Origin: Geosiphon pyriformis uo1
Lineage: Eukaryota; Fungi; Glomeromycota
DNA: 64,000 bases
Reading direction: 5' to 3'
Assembly: GCA_016748015.1 (NCBI GenBank)
Contig: JAAOMT010000708.1
Location: 1-64,000 of the forward strand
Below are positions 53,834 to 64,000 of this stretch, one piece after another (the first letter of the stretch is position 1; the number at the start of each line of letters is the position of its first letter). The position numbers and the translations under genes were made by a program. The notes below the pieces were generated by a model that saw only the letters and a list, made by a program, of their open reading frames with translations, did no database searches and had not been told where the DNA came from.

Positions 53834-55210
53834 ATGAACACACAAAAATATTAACAACTTCAACATTATATAGATACTCAACAGTTCAAGAAGAAATTAT
53901 CTCAACCGGAACAAAAGAGGATCAAACAACAATTCAAATATTTTATTACTCACCAAAATATACTTTATCCAAAAAATAGAAAAAATTCAGATCAGCCAAC
54001 CAGAGTAATTACAGAACCAGAAAAAGAAACAATACTGTTCAACATGCACTCAGATCCAACTGCAGGACATTTTCATAAAGAAGCAACCATAGAAAGAACC
54101 AAAAAGAGATACTATTGGCCATCAATATATCCAGACATTATACAATATGTACAAAATTGTGATGCTTGTCAAAAAAGAGGAGGAACAAGACCTAACAAAC
54201 CATTGAGACCAATTAAAGTGGGACAACCATTTGACCGCATTGGAATCAATTTAGTCAGACCATTGACAATTACCAGTGGAGACAACAGATATATTGCAGT
54301 AGCCATAGACTACCTTACAAAATGGTTAAAAGCAAAAGCAATTCAAAGAGTGGATGCAGAATCCATTGCCGAATTCATTCATCAAGATTTGATTTGTCAA
54401 CATGGATGTCCAAAAAAACTATTATCAGACCAAGAAACCCATTTTGTGAATAGAATATTAGCAGAACTAAGCCAAAGATTCGAAATTAAGAGACCACTAT
54501 CATCACCATACCATCCACAAACCAATGGATTAGTTGAAAAATTTAATAGAACATTGTATGAAGCAATAGCGAAACTCAGCCAAGAAAACCAAGACAAATG
54601 GGATTTGTTTATACCATCCATACTATTGGCTTATCGGACAATGAAGCAAGATACTACACAAGCAACACCATTTGAATTAGTATATGGTAGAACAGCAACA
54701 CTACCAGTCAAGATAGAAGTCAACACTTATCCAACAGAACCAATAACTGTAGACAATTTTTAGGAAACGTTACTAAGAAAAACATATAATTTGATGAAAA
54801 CTCTAGAAAACAAGCAACGAAGAACAGCTGATAACATTAAAAAGACACAAGAGAAACAAAAAAAGAGGCATGATAACCAACTACCAGACAAACTAGTTGA
54901 ATTCAAGATTGGAGACAAAATACTTTTACATTGTACTAAAGCAAAAAAACAATAGAGTGGAAAATTTGACCCCAAATGGGATGGACCATTTCACATAGAA
55001 AAAATTCTAGAAAATAGAGCTTACAAATTAAGACTGAACAACAGAATCTTAGCCAAAGCAGCACATGGTAATCGACTGAAACCATATCACCAGATAGCAT
55101 CAGCATCTACCAATAATATTTCACAACTGGAAGTACAAAAAATACTAGTCCAACCAGATAAGATTCCATGAGACTGGGAACCAATCATAATCATTAGACC
55201 AAACACATAA
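53834..55210 (+). pseudogene. A3 integrase, stand-alone ORF
   Basis: ATG 53834 in a different frame from RT-RH; HHCC, rve core (54044-54763), WDGPFHI, ends EPIIIIRPNT*. Confidence 0.9.
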
Positions 55211-55239
55211 AATTGAACAACAAAAGAGTATATAAAGAC

Positions 55240-55899
55240 ATGGTCAATGTGACAAAAGATACCAGAAAAATAGAAATAACTGACAACATCCACTCACTAA
55301 CACAACAACTCTTTTAATTGATCCAACACCAAGAAATGGAAATTACAATCAATCAATAAACCATTTGTTACAAAAATATGGCAAAGATACCACAACACAA
55401 AGCACAGAAAAGACTTGAAAATGTTGTTGACAAGATCATGACCAAGATAAAATTGGCCATAAATGAACAACAAATAGTCGGATTATACCAAGATCTTACT
55501 AAAGAAACTTGGACTTGGTGGACACAACAATTTCTGAAAAACTATTGTCATTTCTACTTGGAACAACATGTAAATATCCAGAATTTGTACACCAACAAAA
55601 TGAAATGGTTATTTGATACAACAATACTAAGACAACTGGAACAATTTGTGGGAAAAAACAATCTAACCACACAAGCTTGAGCCATCTACCAGCTATATAT
55701 AAGATTTCAGGACCAACCAGAAATCTTACTCAACACAGCCATGGATATAATTATGAGTAATCAATTGGAAAAAATGATCAATGCCCAATTTGAAAAACTA
55801 CAAACTAAAATAACACAAGTTATACTTGAAAAATAAGTTTAAGAAATAATTTAAAAAGGGAAATTAAAGAAATTAGATTTCAATAGAGCTCAATATTAA
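55240..55899 (+). pseudogene. A3 ORF3 (220 codons, decay stops)
   Basis: MVNVTK...LDFNRAQY*; same length as the A4 copy; the stop abuts the PPT. Confidence 0.78.
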
Positions 55900-55912
55900 A
55901 AGGAGGGAATAA

Positions 55913-56732
55913 TGTTACTTATAGAATATAGGAAATATAGTATTATTAGTCAGTAGATATTAGCCAATCAGATAGAGACGTAGTAAATATGGAATTTCAG
56001 GATTCCTCTCATCAGAAATTGCAAGATTCCAGGAATTCTAGGATTCCTGTTGCAAGGAATTGAGAAATTAAGGAATCTCAATTATGTATATATAGCAGTA
56101 GGATTAGAAGCTGAAAAGACAGACCTCGAAAGTTTAGATTTCCTTTAAGCAACCTTCCATATCACAAATATCAAATAAATAATTATTCACTATCTCAAAT
56201 CTCTTCCCAACTATCAACATTTTATGTTGATAATAGCACATACTTAACCATACTGGAACAATAGCTCTTAATCACGGCTATTGATGGAATACGAATCAAA
56301 ATTGTCTTGGCTTATTTTCTTTATTTCATTTTTTTTTTTTCTTTCTTTTCTTTTCTTTTCTTGTGTTGTTTTGTTGTTGTATACTAATTGATTAAGGATT
56401 AGAAGTGCTGAGTTATTAACGTCACGGATAGCCTAGTAAAAGACCCAGAAATAAGAGTAGAATTTTATATATTATCAGATAGCTTACCAGAAGGACATGA
56501 CTGCCAGACTAAATCCAGTCTCTATGCTGAGAAAGAAATTGAACGGAATTATGATTCCGAAGACTATTACAAATACAGTCAAATCTCTGTCCATTATACA
56601 AAAAACTCCACCAAAACCCTTCAGATTGCATAAAACCTTCAGATTACCAACATTAACAGAAATCAATAGCTTTTGAGCACCAAGTTATGGGTTTGTTATT
56701 TATTCTTACACCAGAAATAATCACTTGTAACA
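55913..56732 (+). repeat. 3' LTR of A3
   Basis: Preceded by PPT aaaaggagggaataa. Confidence 0.95.
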
Positions 56733-57104
56733 ACGATAAAACCAAACCATTTTTTGATTTTAAGGCCACTATTGGCCCTAGTATTGCTGTCATAAAAAAA
56801 GTTGTTAAAAATTCTGGCTCTGAAGGTGGTTTTAAGCCTGTTTTGTCAAGAAAAAAGAAGAAAAATATCACTTTAAAAGAAAGTATTGGTAGCAGAAAAG
56901 TGCCTACTAAGGTGTCAATTGGTCGTTTTTAGAATTCTGAGATTGATGACACCACTGAGTCTGAAAGCATAGATATGGAAAAAAAATGTCTGGTTGAAGA
57001 AACCAGTTTTGACTATGATATGAAAGGCATTATCTTTGATGGAGATCATGATAATATGCCTAAAGAGCCAAGTGTCAAAACTACTAAAGCATTGGGCAAG
57101 CCAT

Positions 57105-57918
57105 TGTTACAGATGTTTCTTTGGGGTGTTGAGTAAATACTAAACCTGTAACTTGGTGCTTAAAAGCTATTCGTGTTGTGGATAATAGTTTTAAGTGGTT
57201 GGTATTTGAAGGTTTTCCAAATGAGTCCTTTATATAATAGACAGAGATTCAATAGTTGTTTTATCCATAGCTTTCCAGATTTGCAAGTTTGTCAATTTTT
57301 TTCTTGGCTTGGTGGCTGGCAATCTTTTGGTAAGTAATCTGTATCTTTTGTATGTGTCCTACCCATTCGCAGAGGTCTTTTACCAGACAATCCTTGACAT
57401 CAGTAACCAGCACTTTGAATCAATTGGTTAGTGCACAATAACAAAATCAAAGAAACATAAAGAAAATAAAAAAATATAAGAAAATAAGCCAAGATGATTT
57501 GCAAATTAGTATCCTGTCAATAGCTGTGATCAAGAGCTATTGTTCCAGTGTGGTTAAATATCAATTACTATCAACATAAAGAGTTGATAGTGAAGAGTGA
57601 AGTTGATATAGTAAATAATTATTTATTTGAGGATTGTGGGGACTAAGCTAGAAATTTTTGGTGTCGATTCTGTCTTTTCTGCCTTTAACACTACTGCTAT
57701 ATATACATATCTGAAATTCCTTAATTTCTCAATTTCTTGTGACAAGAATCCTGGAATTCCTGGAATTCTGCAATTCCTGATGAGAGAATCCTGAAATTTC
57801 TGGAATCCTGCAATTCCTCTGAGAAGAATCTTGGAATTCCACATTTACTACGTCTACATCTGATTGGCTAATATCTACTGACTAATAATACTATATTTCC
57901 TATATTCTATGAGTAACA
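57105..57918 (-). repeat. 3' LTR of A4
   Basis: tgttaca...gtaaca; U3 resembles A1, while the other end differs. Confidence 0.92.
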
Positions 57919-57933
57919 TTATTCCCTTCTTTT

Positions 57934-58593
57934 TTAATATTGAGCTCTGTTGAAATCTAATTTCTTTAATTCTTCTTCTTGAATTGTTTCTTGAACTTCT
58001 TTTTCGAGTATTATTTGTGTTATTTTAGTTTGTAGTTCTTCAAATTGAGCATTGGTCATTTTTCCCAATTGATTACTCATAACTGTATTTATTGCTGGGT
58101 TGAGTAAGATTTCTGGTCAGTCTTGAAATCTCATATATAGCCAGTAAATAACTTGAGCTTGTGTGGTTAGATTGTTCTTTCTCACAAATTGTTCCAGTTG
58201 TCTCAGTATTATTATGTCAAATAACCATTTTGTTTTGTTAGTGTATAAATTCTGAATATTTACGTGTTGTTCCAAGTGGAAATAACAATAGTTTTTCGGA
58301 AATTGTTGCATCCACCAAGTCCAAGTTTCTCTGGTAAGGTCTTGGTGTAATCCGACTATTTGTTGTTCATTTATGGCCAATTTTATTTTGGTCATGATCT
58401 TGTCAATAACATTTTCAAGTCTTTTCTGTGCTTTGTTTTGTGATATCTTTGCCGTATTTTTGTAATGAATGGTTTGTTGATTAATTGTAATTTCTATTTC
58501 CTGGTGTTGGATTAATTGAAAAATTTGTTGGGCTAGTGAATAGATATTGTCTATAATTTCTATTTTTCTGATCTCTTCTGTCACGTTGACCAT
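57934..58593 (-). pseudogene. A4 ORF3 (220 codons, one TGA likely from CGA)
   Basis: MVNVTEEIRK...LEKEVQETIQEEELKKLDFNRAQY*; the best-preserved copy. Confidence 0.8.
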
Positions 58594-58621
58594 GTTCTTA
58601 TATATTCTTTTGTCAATCAAT

Positions 58622-59999
58622 TGGATGTGTTGTTGTCAATGATAATGATTGGTTCCAGATTTTGTGGAATCTCATCTGATTGGACTAGTATTCTCTGTAC
58701 TCCTAATTGTGGAATATTACTAGTGGATGATGATGCTATATAGTGGTATGGTTTTAGTCAATCTCCATGTGCTGCTTTGATCAAGATTTTATTATTCAAT
58801 CTTAATTTGTAAGCTTTATTTTCTGGAATTTCTTCTATGTAAAATGGTCTGTCCTATTTGGGGTCAAATTTTTTATTCCATTGTTTTTTTGTTTTGATAT
58901 AATGTAGTAGTACTTTGTCTCCAATCTTGAATTCAACTGGTTTATTTGATAGTTGGTTATTATGTCTTTCTTTTTGTTTTTCTTGTGACTTTTGTATGTT
59001 ATCAGCTGCTCTTTGTCATTTATTTTCTAATGTTTTCATTAAGTCATATGTTCTTCTCAACAATGTGTTTTTGAAATTCTCTTTTGTTATTAGTTCAGTT
59101 GGGTATGTAAAGATTTCTATTTCCATTGGTAGTGTTGCTGTTCTACTATATACTAATTCAAATGGTGTTGCTTGTGTAGTATCTTGCTTCATTGTCCGAT
59201 AAGCAAATAGTACTAATGGTATCAACAAATTCTAATTGTTCTGGTTTTCTTGGCTGAGCTTAGCTATTGTTTCACACAATGTTCTGTTGAATCTTTTGAC
59301 TAATCTGTTGGTTTGTGGATGGTATGGTGATAATAGTGGTCTCTTAATTCCAAATCTTTGGCTTAATTCTGTTAATGTTCTGTTCACAAAATGAGTTTCT
59401 TGATCTGATAATAATTCCTTTGGACATCCGTGTCAACAAATTGAATCTTGATGAACAAATTTGGCAACAGATTCTGCATTTGCTTTTTGAATTGCTTTCA
59501 CCTCTGGCCATTTAGTGAGATAGTCCATGGCTACTGCTATGTATCTGTTTTCTCTGCTGGTGATTGTTAATGGTCTGACTAAATCAATTCCAATACGGTC
59601 AAATGGTTGTCCCACTTTAATTGGTCTTAATGATTCACTGAGTTTCATACCTCCTCTTTGCTGACAAGCATCACAATTTTGAACATATTGGATGATGTCT
59701 GGATACATTGTTGGCCAATAGTATTTTTTTCTGGTTCTTTCCATGGTTGCTTCTTTGTGAAAGTGTCCTGTTGTTGGATTTGAGTGTATGTTAAATAATA
59801 TTGTCTCTTTTTCTGGTTCTGTAATTACTCTGGTTGGTTGCTCTAGATCTCTTCTATTTTTCTGATAAAGTATATTTTGGTGAGTAATAAAATATTTTGA
59901 TTGTTATTTGATACTCTTTTGTTCCATTTGAGATAATTTTTTTTTGAATTGTTGAGTGTTTATATAATGTTGCAGTTGTTGATATTTTTGTATGTTCAT
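58622..59999 (-). pseudogene. A4 integrase, stand-alone ORF
   Basis: MNIQKYQQLQHY.., track ORFs 59433-59744 and 59016-59228; ends LEPIIIIDNNTSN*. Confidence 0.88.
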
Positions 60000-62900
60000 C
60001 TTTTTTGTTATATTTTTTGTTGGTATTGTTCTGGTTTTATTATATTTTTGGGTTGAAATGTTCTTAAATTTGTCTCATTTGCAACAAACTGTCAGCATTT
60101 CTGTTGTCTTTTCTTTTTTTATAATGTATAGTATAATTATATGGTGCGAGTGCTATTTTCCATCTTGACTGTCTTCCATCCCCAACTTCTTGTTTTTGAA
60201 GTGATGTTAGTTTTTTGTGATCTGTGTATATTTCAAACTTCTGGCTCAAGTATTCTTTCCATTTCATGACTGCCCAGTATATCACTAAGTGTTTTTGTTC
60301 TGGTGTTCCATAGTTCTTTTTGGCTGGTGTTAAATCTCTGCTGGCATATACTACTGAATGTTCTCTGCTGTCTGGTTCTCTTTGAGATAGTACTGCTCCT
60401 AATGCTTGGCTGGATGCATCAGTGGTAATGATGAATGGTTTGCTGTGATCTGAATAGATCAATACTAGAGCTTGAATGAGTTTTCTTTTTAGAATATCAA
60501 AAGCTTCTTGCTGACTTTTTGTCCATTCATATTTTGTATTTTTGGTTTGCAGTTGGTTAAGTGGCTGTGCTATCTTGGAAAAGTTCTTGATAAAATGTTG
60601 ATAGTAGCTGGCAAATATCAAGAATGATTTCAGTTCTGTCATATTGGTCAGCACTGGAAAGTTTTTTACTATCTCTATTTTTTCTGGATCCGTTTTAATG
60701 CTGTCTTTACTAATTATGTGTCCCAAGAATTTTAGTTCTGTCTTGTCAAAAAAACACTTTGTTGTATTTAACTTTAGTCCTGCTCTTCTTAGTCTTTCGA
60801 ACACTTGTCAAAGATGATGAAAATGATCATCAAATGTTTTTGAGAATACATTGGTGTCATCTAAGTATACAACTACTAATTTCTACAATAAGCCAGTATA
60901 AACAATTTCCATTAATTATTGGAAAGTGGCTGGTGCATTGGTTAAGCCAAATGGCATTACTTCAAATTCAAAATTCTCTTCTCTGGTAGTAAATACCATC
61001 TTTTCTTTGTTGGTTGAATTCATGGCTACTTGCCAGTAACCACTATTTAGGTCTAATGTTGAAAACCATTTGTTTCTACCAAAAGCATTGAATAATTCTT
61101 GGATTTGTGGAGTGGGGTGGCTATTTCCACGAATTACTCTATTGAGTTTTCTATAATCTACACAAAAGCAGATTTTCTTATTTTTTTTCTGAACGAGTAC
61201 CACTGATGATAACCATGGGCTTATAGACAGCTGGATTAGCCTATTGTTAAGTATTCAATTAATCTCTTGACAAATGATTTCATGACTGGCTGGTAGTATC
61301 CTGTATGCTTGCTGTTTAATTGGCATTGCATCTCCAGTCTTGATTTGATATTAGATGATGTCAGTTCTGCCAAATTCATTTTTGTTGGCAAAGATGTCAT
61401 TGAAATTGTTGAGTAATATCTTGAGCTGCATATGTTGTAGTGAGTCCAGATTTTCCATGTTCATTTGTTCCAATTGTTCTGGTTGGAGCAAATAACATTC
61501 ATTTTGTCCATAGATTGTTTGTGATGTGATGTTAACATATCCACAAAGTTGTGGAAAGTCTAAAATGGAGTTTGGGGTTTGGTCTTCTATTTCTGTGGTT
61601 AAATATCCGATAGTAGTTCCTCCTGATATGTTGATGACATTGCCAGTGTTGTTATAGATGGGAATTTTTATGCAGCTATAGCTTTTGGCTGATATGTGGA
61701 GATTGATCAGTCCAATTTCTCCTGATTCACAAAGATTTGCTTTAGCCTCAAAAATCTGTTCTTGCTCTTTTTCCTTCCTTTCTATTGCTAGCATGTACTG
61801 GCTATATGATGGAATGGAAATAGCTTGACCAGTTAAGATAATTTCTCTTTGGTCAACAATTTTTTCTTCTGCCATATTAACTGGTACATATATTCTATCT
61901 GTTGACCCAAATCCCTGTATCCCTCTTGCTGTTATTTCTAACTTTTTCCTATTTCTCACTGGTACTAACTGAGCTATCTTAACCAAAGGTAAAAATATTG
62001 CTTGTGCTATCTTTTTGTTTGGCTCTATTATATAGGCCTTTTCTGAGTCATTTTGTAGCATGGCAATGATATTTCCTATATATTCTGTGTCAATTATTCC
62101 TCCTCTTATATTAATTCTTCTTTTTGCTAAACTACTTTGGGATGCTAGTTGAACCATTGTTGTTGCTGAGATTTCCAGCACTATTTTCAGATCAATGTAG
62201 GTGTGTGAATGTGGTTTTAGTTTGATGGCATCTTTTTTTGGATACCTCAAGTCAAATCTGGCATCAGTATCATGCGTGCATTCTGGCATAATACTTTCAT
62301 TATTATTACTAAACCATTTCAGCTTTTGTTTCTTGGTGAGATCAGAAAGCATGATATATTGTTCATAGTTTAAGTCAGAGTTTGAATCTGAGTTGATATT
62401 ATTGTCATTGTCATTGCCATTTTGAACAGAGCTGGAACCATTATTCTCATCATCATCGTTGTTGGAGTTTGAATCAAGATCAAATGATAATTCTGACTCC
62501 GATGTGCATCTGCTGATTGGTTCTTCCTCTTTGGGAATCATGTAGATTATGCGTGGTGGTGGATTGTAAATGAGGTCACAATCATCACAATATTTAAAGT
62601 CACTGGGAATTAAACAATGGTGACACAGTCTTGTATTCAACTGTGCTAACTATTGTTCTTGCTCCTCTCTAATGGGTGCCAAGTTTTGGTAGTGTTCATA
62701 GAACTCTTCTGGTTCCAGGAAATTTATGACTGGCTCTGCGTTCCAGTTAAGTTTGATGAGTTCTGGTGAGTTGTTTTTAACTGTTCTGATTTCTTCTGGC
62801 AATGCACCTTCAATTTTGGTGATTGCACCATAATTCATTGTTGTCGTGTGGACAACTGTCTAATCGCTGTACAGCTCTTTTCCAGGCGGTTTCTATTGGT

Positions 62901-64000
62901 GTCTCTTTCTCAACCTAGTTGCTGATGAAGATTGTGTATTGGCAGGAAATGTTGCACGTTTCTCCTTTCCCCAGAATGTTGTTCCATATTCCTTTATTAA
63001 GGAGAGTTTCTTTACAGGCCAAACATGGTGTATTATCTCATTTTCCCATTTGTTTTGGTCTTTCAAAGCATTTGACGAGACATGCATAGCAATAGAACTT
63101 GGTTGCTGTCTGATATTCTTCGTCATTGCCACAGCATGTGCCCATTGATGACAATTTTTTGCCACAATCGATGCACACTAGTTTGGGTCAGTAATAGGTG
63201 AATTGTTGTGGTGTTGTGTGTTGACAGGAGGTATATAGGTTTGTTGGCAGTGGCTCTTTTTCTTTCACTTTTTCTTTCACTTTGTTGCTTTCCTCCCCTT
63301 CCCAGCTTGGTGTCAGTTCTCTTTCATCATTGTCAGTCCAGGTCAGGTTATCCATTTCTCAGGTAAGTTCTTCTCTTTGCTTTCCCTTGGGGTTGTCGTC
63401 CCATGATAGTATTGGTGTTAGCTCATGGTGGTCTTTGTCATCGGTCCAAGCATCAATAGTGGTTCCACTGGTAGGTTCTCTTTCTTGTTTCTCCTTTCCA
63501 TTGTTATCATTATCCCAGGCGAGTATTGGTGGCAGTTCATTGTGGTTGACATTGGCCCACAATACTTGGTATGCTTCTCAAGTAGGCTTTAGGTGTTCTT
63601 TCTCAAGGTCAATAAGCGGCACTGATGTTGTGATGTTGTTAGATTTAAAATGGCCACACATTGCTGGTACTCGTGTGTGCTGGCCATTTTGGCTGAGCTG
63701 GAGCTCCTGTGTGGTTCAGTCGAGGACGACATTGTTTTTAGACAACTAATCATTGCCCACTAGTGCTTGGTATTGGGTTGCTTCCATCACCAAGACTTTG
63801 ATAGGAGTAATGATGCCATTAACTTTAATTGGGAAGTCATCAATTTTACCAATAGGTGTTTTTGTAGCACCATTGGCAGTGATAATTCTAGTGCTGACAG
63901 CTTGATCAACTTGGTGACCTAATTGATTTATGAGTTGTCATGTGATGATGCTGCCTGCTGAACCACTGTTCAGAATTAACTTGATAGAGTGGCCATCGAC

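Larger units (their letters stand above)
46724..56732 (+). mobile_element. Ty3/Gypsy LTR retrotransposon A3 (full length; TSD ATGA/ACGA)
   Basis: LTRs 46724-47539 and 55913-56732 (TG..CA), PBS 47542-47558, PPT 55898-55912. Flanks ATGA 46720-23 and ACGA 56733-36. Confidence 0.95.
46642..57104 (+). mobile_element. LINE 5' end/ORF1 fragment (46642-46723 plus 56733-57104), split by A3 and cut by A4
   Basis: (CATT)n start. After A3 the frame reads KATIGPSIAVIKKVVKNSGSEGGFKPVLSRKKK..DTTESESIDME..CLVEETSFDY..KALGKP, typical of a LINE ORF1 N-terminus. Confidence 0.6.
57105..64000 (-). mobile_element. Ty3/Gypsy LTR retrotransposon A4 (runs off the window end)
   Basis: 3' LTR 57105-57918, PPT 57919-57935, ORF3, integrase (ATG 59999), RT-RH (YLDD intact; MRQI* at 60064), dUTPase with RGIQGFGST (~61895-62320), Cys-rich domain, protease at ~63700-64000. 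Confidence 0.93.

Noticed and set aside
54960-55210. Chromodomain at the integrase C-terminus
   Set aside because: No aromatic-cage or Y.VKW.G pattern; only a GPF/SH3-like region and a short tail.
55240-55899. ORF3 as an envelope gene
   Set aside because: Too short, with no signal peptide, transmembrane helix or furin-type site evident.

Overview
AT-rich, intron-containing eukaryotic DNA, most consistent with an early-diverging fungus (Glomeromycotina-like; inference). A CpG-retaining gene island (~28.1-43.0 kb) encodes an ANP32-family LRR/acidic protein, Rheb, Pin1/Ess1 and a Skn7/Prr1-type HSF-receiver regulator. Two transposon islands flank it, with edges eroded to near-pure A/T. The islands contain fragments of non-LTR (LINE) elements, solo/relic LTRs and four decayed Ty3/Gypsy LTR retrotransposons of two related families: A1 5927-26052 (-), B 14658-24520 (-, nested in A1), A3 46724-56732 (+) and A4 57105->64000 (-). 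The most notable signal is the shared architecture of these elements. One long frame encodes an extra N-terminal domain (probable GUG start), Gag, protease, a Cys-rich domain, dUTPase, a degenerate dUTPase-like domain, RT and RNase H, and then stops. Integrase follows as a separate AUG-initiated ORF after a 52-64 nt A/C-rich spacer, and a third ORF lies before the PPT. Target duplications are 4 bp, and every scorable LTR junction is centred on CG or its decay products CA/TG, suggesting CpG-directed integration. All TE copies carry heavy C>T/G>A decay. All calls come from reading the sequence and ORF track by eye; no searches were run.
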